Notes: generated from the letters alone by a model not told the origin. Counted from the first letter of the stretch, positions 18,164-29,395 are shown. The stretch is DNA of 64,000 nucleotides from Candidatus Magasanikiibacteriota bacterium (GCA_026396515.1 JAPLWQ010000002.1:257230-321229); one strand, 5' to 3'. Numbers and translations are program-made.

Positions 18164-18886
18164 TTAGCGTTTATTAAAAAAATTATTTATACTCATTATT
18201 TGTGTGGCGCCATAGCCAATGCTTTTCACCACAATATGCCGGGTAACCGTGGATATTTTTCCGTGTTTTTTCGTGGCAGTAATTACAATGGTATTCAATC
18301 CGTCGGAAAGGTCAACCTGTAAGTTAAATCGTCCTTTTTCATCAGGCATTATTTCCTGGCCATTAATGGCCAGTTTGCATTCTTTTTCTGTTTCACCCTG
18401 CACAGCTACGGTCCGCTCAGTCATAGTGATACCTTCTGCCGGATTGTACACGATGAGACGCGGCGGTTCAAGCACCCGCTTAACTTGCCAGGCCAGATAG
18501 CCGGCAAAAAGCAAAATAAAGCAGGCAATCAGCAGGTTGCGGGCGAGAATAGAGATGGAGAAAAGCGGGGCGTTTCGCACGGACTGTTTTGGATGCACCA
18601 CGTCAAGCCCTTTAAATCCATTTTCATTCATAAATTGTGTAGCGATCGCCTCCTCATCTAAGTGTAGGAATTTTGCGTATTCCTTTAAGTAGTTTTGTCT
18701 GAAAACCTTGGCTTTCGGCAATTCGTTAAAATGATTTTTTTCCAGTGCTTCAATATATTTTGCCGGCACGCGTATGGCATGGGCGGCGGTGGAGACGTTA
18801 ACGCCAAAAGTTTCGCGCGCTTCGCGCAATTTCTGACCCAGCCGCGGTTTGGGCGGGTTCAATTTTTTGAAGCAGAATATTGACAC
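18164..18886 (-). CDS. RodZ-like HTH (XRE) membrane protein
   Basis: N-terminal XRE HTH, single TM, C-terminal beta-rich domain, the domain order seen in RodZ. Confidence 0.5.
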   Translation of the reverse strand: MSIFCFKKLNPPKPRLGQKLREARETFGVNVSTAAHAIRVPAKYIEALEKNHFNELPKAKVFRQNYLKEYAKFLHLDEEAIATQFMNENGFKGLDVVHPKQSVRNAPLFSISILARNLLIACFILLFAGYLAWQVKRVLEPPRLIVYNPAEGITMTERTVAVQGETEKECKLAINGQEIMPDEKGRFNLQVDLSDGLNTIVITATKKHGKISTVTRHIVVKSIGYGATQIMSINNFFNKR

Positions 18887-18889
18887 AAA

Positions 18890-21280
18890 TTATAGTTTTG
18901 TTTCCTCGTTACCCCCTTCGGCTGGCGCCTCATCTTCCTCCTCTGGCGAAACCTGTTCGGTTGTCCCTACCTCCGGTTCCGCTTCATCAAAAATCGTGCC
19001 GCCGGCATCCATTGTTACTTCGTCCGGAGATAGTTCTTCTTCCGGCTCCGGGGCAAGATGTTCGGTAAAAACCTCCCTGGGTTTAGCGCCATCCGCTGGT
19101 CCTACTATACCAGCTTCCTCCATCTCGTCAAGCAGGCGCGCTGCTCGCGCATATCCCACTTTCATACGGCGCTGCAAAAGCGACGCTGAGGCTTTTCCGG
19201 ACTCAAATACAAGGGTTTTAGCTTCATCAAAAAGAGGATCGCGATCATCGCTCGGCCCACCAAATAGATTTAGAGTGCCCCCGATGGAGGAATCTTTTGA
19301 GACAATCGTTTCGTCATATATAGGCGGTTCATCGCCTTTAACGCAATCTACCACGCGCCTCATTTCTTCCTCAGATACGAATGCGCCTTGAATGCGTTTT
19401 GGTTTGGACAATTCAGCGGTTAAAAATAGCATGTCGCCGCGGCCAAGAAGTTTTTCCGCGCCTTGACAATCAAGGATGGTACGGGAGTCAATAAGCGAAG
19501 CTACGGAAAAAGCAATGCGCGCGGGAATGTTCGCTTTCATCAGGCCGGTGATAACTTCCACGCTCGGTCTTTGTGTGGCTACAACCAAGTGAATGCCGAC
19601 AGCGCGCGCCATCTGAGCAATGCGGATGATCCCGGCTTCAACTTGAGAGGCGGCCATGGCCATCAAATCGGCAAGCTCGTCAATTACAAAAACAATATTC
19701 GGCATTTTTTCCGTGGAGCGTTTATTGTATGAGGTAATATCGCGGCAGCCGGCTGCGGCGAGTGCATCGAAACGGCGTTCCATTTCTCCGATTGTCCATT
19801 TTAGAGCCGCCACGGTTTTTGCCGGGTCGGTGATAACCGGAGTAAGTAAATGCGGGATGCCATTGTACAAAGTCAGCTCGACGCGTTTCGGATCAACCAT
19901 AATAAAGCGCAAAGTCTCCGGCGAATTTTGATATAGTAAACTTAATATTACGGTGTTAATACACACTGTTTTTCCTGAGCCGGTGGTGCCGGCGATGAGC
20001 AGATGAGGCATTTTCGGCAAATCGGCAAACCATACTTTTCCGGCCACGTCTTTGCCTAGCGCTATCGTCATATTATGACTGCGGGTTTTGTGTTCATTGC
20101 TTTCGAGTAGTTCACGCAGCGTGACCATAGCCACTTTTTGGTTTGGCACTTCAATACCGACCAAAGATTTGCCCGGGATAGGCGCTTCAATGCGAATTGG
20201 GTGTGCAGCCAGCGCCAGAGACAGGTCATTTGACAAGCCGGTAATGCGTGTAAGTTTGACGCCTTTTGCCGGTTTCATTGAATATTGCGCTACTGACGGG
20301 CCAACGCGGATTTCCCCCATCTCCACATCAATTCCAAAATTATGGAAAGTGTCCCTGATTACTTCTGCGTTGCTTTTTATGTCTCCGGCTGTCGGCTTAG
20401 ATTTTGAAGTGAAAAGCAAATCAAGCGTCGGCCAGTTGTAATTTGAATCTAAAGTAGTTGGCCTGGAAATTTCTTTGTTTGATATTTCTTCTTTTTCATT
20501 TTCAGTTTTTTGTTCCTTAGCAATTAAACGTTTTTCGAAAACAGGCCGATCTTCTTCGCCTTCTTCCTCACTTTCTTCGTCAACTTCATTTAATGATTGA
20601 GGTTTTTTTGTTTTTGCCGTTTCATATTCGCCCTCGATGCGCATTTCCAGTTTTTCATCATTCTTGAAACCGCCAAAAAATGCCACTATTTGTTTCCCAA
20701 ACCAGCCGAATGCCAACAATATTTTTTTGTTCATGGCCACAAGTTCCGCCAGCGAAGTATTGAAAATAAAAATTACCGACATTAAAAGCAGGCCCGCCAA
20801 AATAATAAATCCGCCCCAGAAGCCGACATAATTTCCAAGCGGCCAGCCAAGTGCGAGCCCGGCGAGCCCGCCGCCATAGCCTTGCATTGCTATGTCAACC
20901 ATTTCATTGGCCGGTTTATACAGATGTACGATTCCATTAAAGCTTAAAAAAAATAATATTGAACCGAGGATATGCGTTGACCGGTATTCATATTCAAGGT
21001 CTTTGATCAGGAGTATGGCAATAATGATCAGAATAACCGGGAATACATAGCGTACTTGTCCAAAAGTGAGGGCGAGCAGAGAATCTATAAATTTACCGGC
21101 CACTCCGGCCATATCAAAGAAACTCAATGTGGCGAGTCCGGCTACAACAAACAAAAGAATAGATAAAAGACCGTGGCTAATTTGCGGGCCAAGATTTTCA
21201 CGGTGATGAGAGGGAATTTTATCTTTTGGTATTCGCGCCATAATTGAAACTATTTTACCATTTTCCGTCCGAACAGGCAA
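18890..21280 (-). CDS. ftsK: DNA translocase FtsK/SpoIIIE
   Basis: N-terminal TM domain, acidic linker, motor domain with GTTGSGKT, winged-helix gamma domain, acidic C-terminal tail. Confidence 0.9.
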   Translation of the reverse strand: MPVRTENGKIVSIMARIPKDKIPSHHRENLGPQISHGLLSILLFVVAGLATLSFFDMAGVAGKFIDSLLALTFGQVRYVFPVILIIIAILLIKDLEYEYRSTHILGSILFFLSFNGIVHLYKPANEMVDIAMQGYGGGLAGLALGWPLGNYVGFWGGFIILAGLLLMSVIFIFNTSLAELVAMNKKILLAFGWFGKQIVAFFGGFKNDEKLEMRIEGEYETAKTKKPQSLNEVDEESEEEGEEDRPVFEKRLIAKEQKTENEKEEISNKEISRPTTLDSNYNWPTLDLLFTSKSKPTAGDIKSNAEVIRDTFHNFGIDVEMGEIRVGPSVAQYSMKPAKGVKLTRITGLSNDLSLALAAHPIRIEAPIPGKSLVGIEVPNQKVAMVTLRELLESNEHKTRSHNMTIALGKDVAGKVWFADLPKMPHLLIAGTTGSGKTVCINTVILSLLYQNSPETLRFIMVDPKRVELTLYNGIPHLLTPVITDPAKTVAALKWTIGEMERRFDALAAAGCRDITSYNKRSTEKMPNIVFVIDELADLMAMAASQVEAGIIRIAQMARAVGIHLVVATQRPSVEVITGLMKANIPARIAFSVASLIDSRTILDCQGAEKLLGRGDMLFLTAELSKPKRIQGAFVSEEEMRRVVDCVKGDEPPIYDETIVSKDSSIGGTLNLFGGPSDDRDPLFDEAKTLVFESGKASASLLQRRMKVGYARAARLLDEMEEAGIVGPADGAKPREVFTEHLAPEPEEELSPDEVTMDAGGTIFDEAEPEVGTTEQVSPEEEDEAPAEGGNEETKL

Positions 21281-21537
21281 TTAAAAAAACCGTCCCAAAA
21301 TATGTTGGAGCGGTTCTTTCTTTTTTCTCCACGAAGCTGCGAAAAGAGCTGCATGTATTAAGTGACGAATCTTTTTAGATGCGTCACCCAAAAACAACTA
21401 AAAAAGTTGAAGAAGGGTGGAGAGAGATTGCTTCTAAAAGATGATTCGATTAAGACATCAGCTCCACCGCAGCTTCTTGAAGAAAAAAATTGTGAATGTT
21501 GTTAAATATTTTAGTAGTGAATAGCGTTAATGTCAAA

Positions 21538-21749
21538 TGTGGATAAATATTGTTATTGCTGATTTTGGCGGATGCCCCTGCATACTTCAGAGAATGGAAG
21601 TATTTGAGGTAAACGGTCGCTTATTGTCTTCTCTGCACAATTTTTTGTTGCATTTTGTGCATTAGCTGTGGATAACTTTATTCATATATTTTGATATTTC
21701 GCTAGTTTAAGCCAAAAAGTGACATATTCTTGACAAATATTTATCCACC
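21538..21749. promoter_or_regulatory. Cluster of three DnaA boxes: candidate DnaA-regulated region or replication-origin element
   Basis: TGTGGATAA at 21538-21546 and 21667-21675 (perfect reverse complement of TTATCCACA), and TTATCCACC at 21741-21749. They sit in an AT-rich 750-bp non-coding region between the divergent ftsK and rpoB. Confidence 0.45.
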
Positions 21750-21757
21750 GTTCAAAG

Positions 21758-21786
21758 TTGACAATTAGCCATTTTTACGTTAAAAT
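21758..21786 (+). promoter_or_regulatory. Candidate rpoB promoter
   Basis: TTGACA, 17 nt, TAAAAT; DnaA box 3 lies just upstream. Confidence 0.45.
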
Positions 21787-22027
21787 CAACCTACTTTCAA
21801 TAATTTTACCGTTTCTGCCGGTTGGCAGAGCGGATAAAAATAGCCGTTTTTTGGCTAAGTGTGGCCATTTATCTCAAATAGATGAGCTGCGCGCAAGGTA
21901 AAAACAACCCCATGTCAACCTTGCTGGTAAACTAAAATACTATATTTTTCGCAAAAATTCCTGAACACAGGGGGATTTTTTTGTTCACTTTAAATAATAA
22001 TCATTTACTTTATAAACTTTTATTCTT

Positions 22028-25000
22028 ATGCCTTCATATAAGTATCGCGGAGTGACCCCGGAATTGCGCAGCTTTTTTACTCCGGTGAAAGATGCAATGT
22101 CATTTCCAGATTTGATTGAGCTTCAAAAAAATTCTTATGACCATTTTTTGAAGTTCGGCGCGAAGGAACTTTTTGAAGAAGTATCTCCGATTACAGATTT
22201 TTCGGAGAGAGATTTAGAATTATATCTGGAAGAATATTATTTGGACGAGCCGAAGTTCGATGAAATGGTTTGTCGCGACCGCAACATGACTTTTGAAGCG
22301 CCGCTTCGGGTAAACGCCCGTCTGACAAATAAAAAAACAGGACAGAGCAAAACTCAGGAAATATATTTGGGTGATATGCCTGTGATGACTGAGCGCGGCA
22401 CTTTTATTGTCAATGGTATTGAGCGCGTGGTTGTGTCGCAACTTATTCGGTCGGCCGGTGTATTTTTTACCGGTGAAAATGTCCGCGGCCGGCGCTATTA
22501 CGGAGCTAAAATTATTCCGAACCGCGGTGCATGGCTGGAAATCGAAACTGACATGAATAATGTGCTCTGGGTAAAGATCGATCGCAAGCGAAAAGTGGCT
22601 GTCACCTCGCTTTTGCGGGCTTTTGGCTATGACAGCGATGATAAATTACGCGAGCTTCTCAAGGACGCCAATGTCAATCCGCATGTTGATTATGTGGAAT
22701 CCACTTTGGCTAAAGATCTGTCCAGAAATACCGATGATGGGCTGATTGAAGTGTATAAAAAAATTCGTCCGGGCGATTTAGCCACTGCGGATAATGCCAA
22801 GTCGCTCATCTACGCCATGTTTTTTAATTTTGACCGCTACGATTTATCTCCGGTCGGCGTTTACAAGTTTGATACAAAATTTGATCTTGGATTGTCATCC
22901 GAAGATTATCAGAAAAAAGAGAATCGTGTTTTTTCTCCGGAAAAACTTTTACTTGTCGTAAAAGAAGTTATCCGTTTAAATTCAACTCAGGAAGATCCGG
23001 ATGATATCGACCACTTGGGAAATCGCCGCATCCGCGCAGTAGGTGAATTGGTGCAGAACCGTTTTCGTGTCGGCTTGGCCCGTATGGAGCGCGTGGTAAA
23101 AGATCGCATGAGCACTTATGAGATTGAGCAGCTCACGCCTAATAAACTGATTAATGCCCGTCCGGTTATTTCCGCGATTAAAGAATTTTTCATGAGTTCG
23201 CAATTGTCGCAATTCATGGATCAGATTAACGTATTGTCGGAATTGGAGCACAAGCGCCGTTTGTCAGCTCTCGGTCCGGGCGGTTTATCCCGCGACCGCG
23301 CCGGTTTTGAAGTGCGCGATGTACACAATACTCATTATGGCCGTATTTGCCCGATTGCCACGCCTGAAGGTCCGAATATTGGTTTGGTAAACCACCTTGC
23401 CAGTTTTGCCCGGGTGAATGAATTCGGATTTATTGAAACACCCTACAGAAAAGTTTTAAAGGAAGTTGCAAATGACGCCTTGCTTACTGAAGGAGAAACT
23501 TTGCGTGGCGATGTTGGCGGTTTTAAAGATGGAACTCAAATTACAAAAGAAGTGGCGAAGAAATTGAGTGTTATAAAAGACAAAATTATTCCGGTGAAGT
23601 CGCGAATGACCGGAGAAATTGTCTATTTAAATTCTTTTCGTGAAGAAAAATCCGTCACTGCTCCGGCCACCACCAAAGTGGATGAAAACGGATATTTTAT
23701 TGATGAACTTGTTTCCGCCCGCATTTTTGGAAAACCGGGCGTTGTTCCTTCGGAAGATGTTGATTATATCGATGTATCTTCAAATCAAATTATTTCCGTG
23801 GCTACCGCCTGTATTCCGTTTTTGGAACACGATGACGCAACCCGCGCTTTAATGGGAACGAATATGCAGCGTCAGGCAGTGCCGTGCATAAAACCGGAGC
23901 CGCCCCTGGTTGGCACCGGAGTCGAGCGCGCTGCCGCGGAAAATTCCGGATATATTGTCAAAGCTCCGATGGACGGCGAGATTACGGAGTTAAATGGCAG
24001 CCAGATTGTGTTCACGGATAAAAAAGGCCAAGCTCATAAATTTCAGCTTAAAAAGTTTTTGCGGTCCAATGCCGCGACTTGCGTAAACCAGCATCCGGTA
24101 GTGAACATCGGCGATAAGGTAAAAAAAGGGCAAGCGCTGACAGACGGTCCGTGTATTAAAGACGGAGAACTTGCACTCGGTCAGAATGTGCTGGTTGCCT
24201 ATATGATTTGGGACGGTTTCAATTATGAAGATGCGGTTATATTATCAGACCGCATCATGAAAAAGGACCGGTACACATCTATAAATATTGAGGACTATAC
24301 TGTGGATGTGCGCGAGACGAAACTGGGTCCTGAACTTGTAACTTCCGATATTCCGAATGTTTCAGAAGAAAAATTAAAAAATCTTGATGCTGAAGGTATT
24401 GTCCGCATCGGCGCTGAAGTAAAATCCGGCGATATTTTGGTCGGCAAGATTACGCCGAAAGGGGAAACGGAATTAAGCGCCGAAGAAAAATTATTGCGCG
24501 CCATTTTTGGTGAGAAAGCGCGTGATGTCCGTGATTCATCTTTATATCTTGAACATGGAGAGCATGGCAAGGTAATTGATGTGCAGGTATTCTCCGCGGA
24601 AAATGGCGACAAGTTGGAACCGGGCGTGATCAAACAGGTCCGTGCCCGCGTGGCCGATATGCGTAAGGTGCAGGTGGGCGATAAAATGTCCGGCCGCCAC
24701 GGCAACAAGGGTGTTATTTCACGTGTCGTTCCGGTTGAAGATATGCCGTTTTTGGATGATGGCACTCCGGTTGATGTTATCCTCTCGCCGCTCGGCGTTA
24801 TTTCCCGTATGAACCTCGGCCAGATTTTGGAAAATCATATGGGGCTCGCGGCCAATGAACTCGGTTACAAAGTGGCCACTCCGGCGTTCAACGGTTTGAC
24901 CGAAGAACAAATTAAGGCTGAGTTAAAAAAAGCCGGCTTTCCGCTCGATGGACAGTCAACCCTCTATGATGGACGCACCGGTGAGGCGTTCGATCACAAG

Positions 25001-25456
25001 GTGACGGTCGGTTATAACTACATGCTGAAACTCAACCACATGGTTGAAGACAAAATACACCAGCGCTCGATTGGTCCGTATTCTCTTATTACACAGCAGC
25101 CGCTCGGCGGCCGCGCGCAATCCGGCGGTCAGCGCTTTGGTGAGATGGAAGTTTGGGCAATTGAAGCATATGGCGCCGCGCATATCTTGCAGGAAATTTT
25201 AACCATCAAATCAGATGATGTACCGGGCCGCGCCAAAGCCTATGAAGCGATTATAAAAGGTGAAGATATAAAAGTGGTGAATGTTCCAGAATCATTCAAT
25301 GTTCTTGTCCGCGAACTTAAAGGTTTGGGCTTGGACGTTGAACTCTTGAAGAGAGATGGCGCCGGGAATTATGCACCGGCAAAAAATGAACCGGCTGAGG
25401 CGCAAAAAGAGGTCGAAGCGCCGGCGAGAGCGGAGAAAGCCGAAGTGGTTGAATAA
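22028..25456 (+). CDS. rpoB: DNA-directed RNA polymerase beta subunit
   Basis: Full-length RpoB signature regions, e.g. GDKMSGRHGNKGVIS. Confidence 0.97.
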   Translation: MPSYKYRGVTPELRSFFTPVKDAMSFPDLIELQKNSYDHFLKFGAKELFEEVSPITDFSERDLELYLEEYYLDEPKFDEMVCRDRNMTFEAPLRVNARLTNKKTGQSKTQEIYLGDMPVMTERGTFIVNGIERVVVSQLIRSAGVFFTGENVRGRRYYGAKIIPNRGAWLEIETDMNNVLWVKIDRKRKVAVTSLLRAFGYDSDDKLRELLKDANVNPHVDYVESTLAKDLSRNTDDGLIEVYKKIRPGDLATADNAKSLIYAMFFNFDRYDLSPVGVYKFDTKFDLGLSSEDYQKKENRVFSPEKLLLVVKEVIRLNSTQEDPDDIDHLGNRRIRAVGELVQNRFRVGLARMERVVKDRMSTYEIEQLTPNKLINARPVISAIKEFFMSSQLSQFMDQINVLSELEHKRRLSALGPGGLSRDRAGFEVRDVHNTHYGRICPIATPEGPNIGLVNHLASFARVNEFGFIETPYRKVLKEVANDALLTEGETLRGDVGGFKDGTQITKEVAKKLSVIKDKIIPVKSRMTGEIVYLNSFREEKSVTAPATTKVDENGYFIDELVSARIFGKPGVVPSEDVDYIDVSSNQIISVATACIPFLEHDDATRALMGTNMQRQAVPCIKPEPPLVGTGVERAAAENSGYIVKAPMDGEITELNGSQIVFTDKKGQAHKFQLKKFLRSNAATCVNQHPVVNIGDKVKKGQALTDGPCIKDGELALGQNVLVAYMIWDGFNYEDAVILSDRIMKKDRYTSINIEDYTVDVRETKLGPELVTSDIPNVSEEKLKNLDAEGIVRIGAEVKSGDILVGKITPKGETELSAEEKLLRAIFGEKARDVRDSSLYLEHGEHGKVIDVQVFSAENGDKLEPGVIKQVRARVADMRKVQVGDKMSGRHGNKGVISRVVPVEDMPFLDDGTPVDVILSPLGVISRMNLGQILENHMGLAANELGYKVATPAFNGLTEEQIKAELKKAGFPLDGQSTLYDGRTGEAFDHKVTVGYNYMLKLNHMVEDKIHQRSIGPYSLITQQPLGGRAQSGGQRFGEMEVWAIEAYGAAHILQEILTIKSDDVPGRAKAYEAIIKGEDIKVVNVPESFNVLVRELKGLGLDVELLKRDGAGNYAPAKNEPAEAQKEVEAPARAEKAEVVE

Positions 25457-25482
25457 TTCGTAATAACCAAAAATACAAATAT

Positions 25483-28400
25483 ATGTACAGAGATATTCAA
25501 AGCACTTTAGACTTCGACGCCATTCGCCTCAAAATCGCTTCGCCGGAAGTTATCCGTGGTTGGTCGCACGGTGAAGTGCGCAAGCCGGAAACAATAAATT
25601 ACCGCACTCAAAAACCGGAAAAGGGCGGTTTGTTCGCCGAGGAAATTTTTGGCCCGACAAAAGATTGGGAGTGCTATTGCGGAAAATATAAAAAGATCAG
25701 ATACAAAGGCATTGTCTGCGACAAATGCGGAGTAGAAGTTACCACCTCGCTTGTCCGGCGCGAGCGCATGGGGCATATTGAATTGGCTACCCCGGTCGCT
25801 CATATCTGGTTCTTGCGTTCCGTGCCGAGTAAAGTTGGTTTAGTTTTGGATCTTTCGGCTCAGGCATTGGAAAAGGTGATATATTTCGCATCTTTTATTA
25901 TTACTAAAGTGGATGAAACCGGGAAGAAACAGACATTTGATTTATTGCGCCAAGAATTTAAGAGCAAGAAAAAACAAATTGAGAATGAAAATAATACTGA
26001 AGTGAAACAGGCCAATGAAAAGAAGGCCGGCGCTGCTGCCTTGGAAAAAATCCGTGAGGAAACCGACCGAAAAACAAAAGCGCTGGAAGCCGATTTTCAA
26101 GCTGCCGACAAAGAACTGCGCGAGCTTAGCGTTCTTCACATTATTTCCGAAAACAAATATCAGGAGCTTTCTTTGCGCTATGGCCATTTGTTTGAAGCGG
26201 GGATCGGAGCCGAAGCGGTTTTTGAACTTCTTTCCCGCGTAAACCTTGAAGAAACAATAAAACATTTAACTGATGAGCAGGCCACCGTGAAGGGGGCAAA
26301 ATTGGAGAGAATTATCCGCCGAAAAAAACTGCTCAAGAGCTTAATGATGAACCAGATTCGCCCGGAATGGATGGTGATGAAGTGCATCCCGGTTATTCCG
26401 CCGGATTTGCGCCCAATGGTAGCGCTTGACGGCGGTCGTTTTGCCACATCCGATCTTAACGATTTGTACCGTCGCGTTATCAACCGCAATAACCGTTTGA
26501 CTCGGTTGATTGAACTCAATGCGCCAGAGGTTATCTGCCGCAATGAAAAACGCATGTTACAGGAAGCCGTTGACGCTTTGATTGATAACAACGCGCGCCA
26601 CGCAAAAACCGTAACCGCTTCTACCGGCCAAAAGAGACAGCTGCGCTCGCTCGCTGATATTTTAAAAGGCAAGCAGGGCCGTTTTCGGCAGAATCTTCTC
26701 GGGAAGCGCGTTGACTATTCCGGCCGCTCGGTTATCGTGGTCGGCCCGAATTTGAATATTGATGAGTGTGGCTTGCCCAAACGCATGGCGCTGGAACTTT
26801 TTAAACCGTTTATCATGGCGGAGATTATTAAGCGCGAGCTGGCTCACAATGTGCGCAGTGCCGGCCGATTTATTGAATCAGAGCGTGATGAGGTGTGGGA
26901 TATTTTGGAAGGATTGACTCAGACCACCCGCGTGCTATTGAACCGTGCGCCTACCCTGCATCGCCTTGGTATTCAGGCCTTTCATCCGCGTCTGATTGAA
27001 GGCAACGCTATCCAGCTTCACCCGCTTGTTTGTACCGCGTTCAACGCCGACTTTGACGGCGATCAGATGGCCGTGCACTTGCCACTTTCAAAAGAAGCGC
27101 GCTGGGAAGCGGACAATCTCATGGCCGCTGAAAAAAATATTTTGAAGCCGGCAACCGGCGCCCCGGTTATTGCGCCGAACCAGGACATTGTTCTCGGCTG
27201 TTATTATTTGACTCGGGCAGATGATGCTGAGACAAAATTAGTGAAAACATTTTCGACCGAAAAAGAAGCGGTGCTTGCTTATAAGAGTCGTGTTATAGCT
27301 TTGCACCAAAAAATTAAAGTTCGTTTCACAGATTTATCCAAGTTCACTGAAGAGCAGGGGTCAATTATTGAAACATCTATCGGACGCATTCTATTGAATG
27401 CCGCCATGCCTGATAAGATGCCATACTACAACGAACTGATTAATAAAAAGAAACTCGGAAAGATTATTTCCCTGCATTTGGAATATTATGGGCAGGAGAA
27501 GACTGCGTTGTTTTTGGATGAATTGAAAAATCTTGGTTTTCGCTATGCCACAAAAGCCGGTTATTCTCTCGGCATGGACGACTTCCCGAAAATAGTTGAA
27601 AAAGACCCGATTATTAAAGAGGCCGACGGCAGGGTCCAGCAGGTGGAAGAACAATACCAGGAAGGTTTGCTTACTCAAGCCGAACGCCATCAAAAAATCG
27701 TTGAAATTTGGGCGGAGACAAAGGACAAGGTGGTTACCGGCGTTCAGGGACTTTTGGATGTGAACGGTCCGGTATACGCCATGATTGAATCCGGCGCCCG
27801 CGGTTCCTGGGGGCAGCTTGGCCAGGTTATTGGTATGAAAGGTCCGGTGGCTTCTCCGTCAGGCGACGTTATCGAGCTCCCGGTCAAGGGCAACTTCAAA
27901 GAGGGTTTTTCCGCAATTGAATACTTTATTTCTTCACACGGTACCAGAAAGGGTTTGTCCGATACTGCCTTGCGTACCTCCGGCGCCGGCTACTTAACCA
28001 GACGCTTGGTGGATGTCGCTCAAGATGTAGTTGTATTAGAAGAAGATTGCGGCGACAATGTCGGCGAAATATTTACCGCCGACCAGTCGCAGGAAATGGG
28101 AGAAAAATTATCAGAACGCATCTGGGGTCGTTATACTTTGGAAGATATTAAAGCCGGCAATAAAATGTTGGTTAAAGCGGGTGAGGTCATTGATGAAAAG
28201 GCGGCTCGGTTGATTGATGAAAACAAGGTTAAATCAGTGCATGTGAGAAGCGTATTGCAGTGCAAATTACCCAAGGGCGTCTGCCAGAAGTGTTATGGTT
28301 TTGACCTGTCTTACAACAAACCGGCGGAACTGGGCACTGCCGTAGGTATCATCGCCGCTCAATCAATTGGAGAGCCGGGCACCCAGCTTACGCTCCGCAC

Positions 28401-29352
28401 CTTCCACACCGGTGGTGTGGCCGGATCGGATATCACCCAGGGCTTGCCCCGCGTAGAAGAATTATTTGAATGCCGCAATCCAAAACATCAGGCGTTTCTG
28501 GCCGATGTTGACGGTTCAATAGAGATTGAAGACGCGGACGGAAAGATTATCACTTCGCCTTCCGGCAAGAAAATTTTTGAAGGCCGACGCGGACAAAAAA
28601 TTATTAAAATCCATTTTGAAGGAATGGATGAAACAAAAATTAAATTTGCGGCCGAGGATGAGGTTCTGGTGAAAGACGGAGAAATGGTTGACACCGATAC
28701 TGTGCTTGTGGTGCGTGGATCTTCCGGCGATGAAGTGAAAGCCAAATATCCCAGCCAAGTTAAAGTGGGCAAAAATACCATGATCCTATCATACAATGGC
28801 CCGAAGGTGCGCGAATACATTATTCCGCTCGGGTATAAAATGTATGTGAAGACCGGTGACAAAGTGGAAAAGGGCGATCAACTTACCGATGGTTCGGTGA
28901 ATTTACACGAATTGTTTGATCTCAAAGGCCGTGCCGCTGTTCAGCGCTATGTGCTTGAAGAAACCCAGAATATTTATTCGTCTCAAGGCCAGAAAGTGAA
29001 TGATAAGCATATGGAGTTGGTTATCAAGCAAATGTTCAGTCGTGTATATGTTGAAGATGCCGGTGATACTGATTTGCTTCCGGGTGAGGTGGTAGAAAAA
29101 GCGCAGTTGGACTTTTCTAACCGCTTGGCACGCAAGGATGGAGGCAAAGAGGCAACTGCTCGCGAGCTTTTACTTGGCATTTCTCGCGTATCTCTCTCCA
29201 CCCAGAGCTTCTTGTCTGCTGCATCGTTTCAAGAAACTGCCCGCGTGCTTATTAACACCGCTATTACCGGTAAGATTGACTATCTGGAAGGATTGAAAGA
29301 GAACGTCATTATCGGCCGGCTGATTCCGTCCGGTACGGGGTTCAAGAAATAA
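25483..29352 (+). CDS. rpoC: DNA-directed RNA polymerase beta' subunit
   Basis: Zn-binding CxxC...CxxC N-terminus, NADFDGD active site, trigger loop and C-terminal region. Confidence 0.97.
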   Translation: MYRDIQSTLDFDAIRLKIASPEVIRGWSHGEVRKPETINYRTQKPEKGGLFAEEIFGPTKDWECYCGKYKKIRYKGIVCDKCGVEVTTSLVRRERMGHIELATPVAHIWFLRSVPSKVGLVLDLSAQALEKVIYFASFIITKVDETGKKQTFDLLRQEFKSKKKQIENENNTEVKQANEKKAGAAALEKIREETDRKTKALEADFQAADKELRELSVLHIISENKYQELSLRYGHLFEAGIGAEAVFELLSRVNLEETIKHLTDEQATVKGAKLERIIRRKKLLKSLMMNQIRPEWMVMKCIPVIPPDLRPMVALDGGRFATSDLNDLYRRVINRNNRLTRLIELNAPEVICRNEKRMLQEAVDALIDNNARHAKTVTASTGQKRQLRSLADILKGKQGRFRQNLLGKRVDYSGRSVIVVGPNLNIDECGLPKRMALELFKPFIMAEIIKRELAHNVRSAGRFIESERDEVWDILEGLTQTTRVLLNRAPTLHRLGIQAFHPRLIEGNAIQLHPLVCTAFNADFDGDQMAVHLPLSKEARWEADNLMAAEKNILKPATGAPVIAPNQDIVLGCYYLTRADDAETKLVKTFSTEKEAVLAYKSRVIALHQKIKVRFTDLSKFTEEQGSIIETSIGRILLNAAMPDKMPYYNELINKKKLGKIISLHLEYYGQEKTALFLDELKNLGFRYATKAGYSLGMDDFPKIVEKDPIIKEADGRVQQVEEQYQEGLLTQAERHQKIVEIWAETKDKVVTGVQGLLDVNGPVYAMIESGARGSWGQLGQVIGMKGPVASPSGDVIELPVKGNFKEGFSAIEYFISSHGTRKGLSDTALRTSGAGYLTRRLVDVAQDVVVLEEDCGDNVGEIFTADQSQEMGEKLSERIWGRYTLEDIKAGNKMLVKAGEVIDEKAARLIDENKVKSVHVRSVLQCKLPKGVCQKCYGFDLSYNKPAELGTAVGIIAAQSIGEPGTQLTLRTFHTGGVAGSDITQGLPRVEELFECRNPKHQAFLADVDGSIEIEDADGKIITSPSGKKIFEGRRGQKIIKIHFEGMDETKIKFAAEDEVLVKDGEMVDTDTVLVVRGSSGDEVKAKYPSQVKVGKNTMILSYNGPKVREYIIPLGYKMYVKTGDKVEKGDQLTDGSVNLHELFDLKGRAAVQRYVLEETQNIYSSQGQKVNDKHMELVIKQMFSRVYVEDAGDTDLLPGEVVEKAQLDFSNRLARKDGGKEATARELLLGISRVSLSTQSFLSAASFQETARVLINTAITGKIDYLEGLKENVIIGRLIPSGTGFKK

Positions 29353-29360
29353 GGTTTCAA

Positions 29361-29395
29361 ATAAAAAGGCTCCGCCTCAATCGGGGCTTTTTTAT
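29361..29395 (+). terminator. Weak putative terminator after rpoC
   Basis: Imperfect GC hairpin followed by TTTTTTATTT. Confidence 0.3.

Noticed and set aside
22220-29201. Short antisense ORFs within rpoB and rpoC (for example 22220..22441, 22982..23251, 24295..24765, 25942..26265, 26178..26672, 27391..27693, 28488..28862 and 28983..29201)
   Set aside because: They are embedded antisense in universally conserved, full-length RNAP subunit genes. Short frames of this kind arise by chance.
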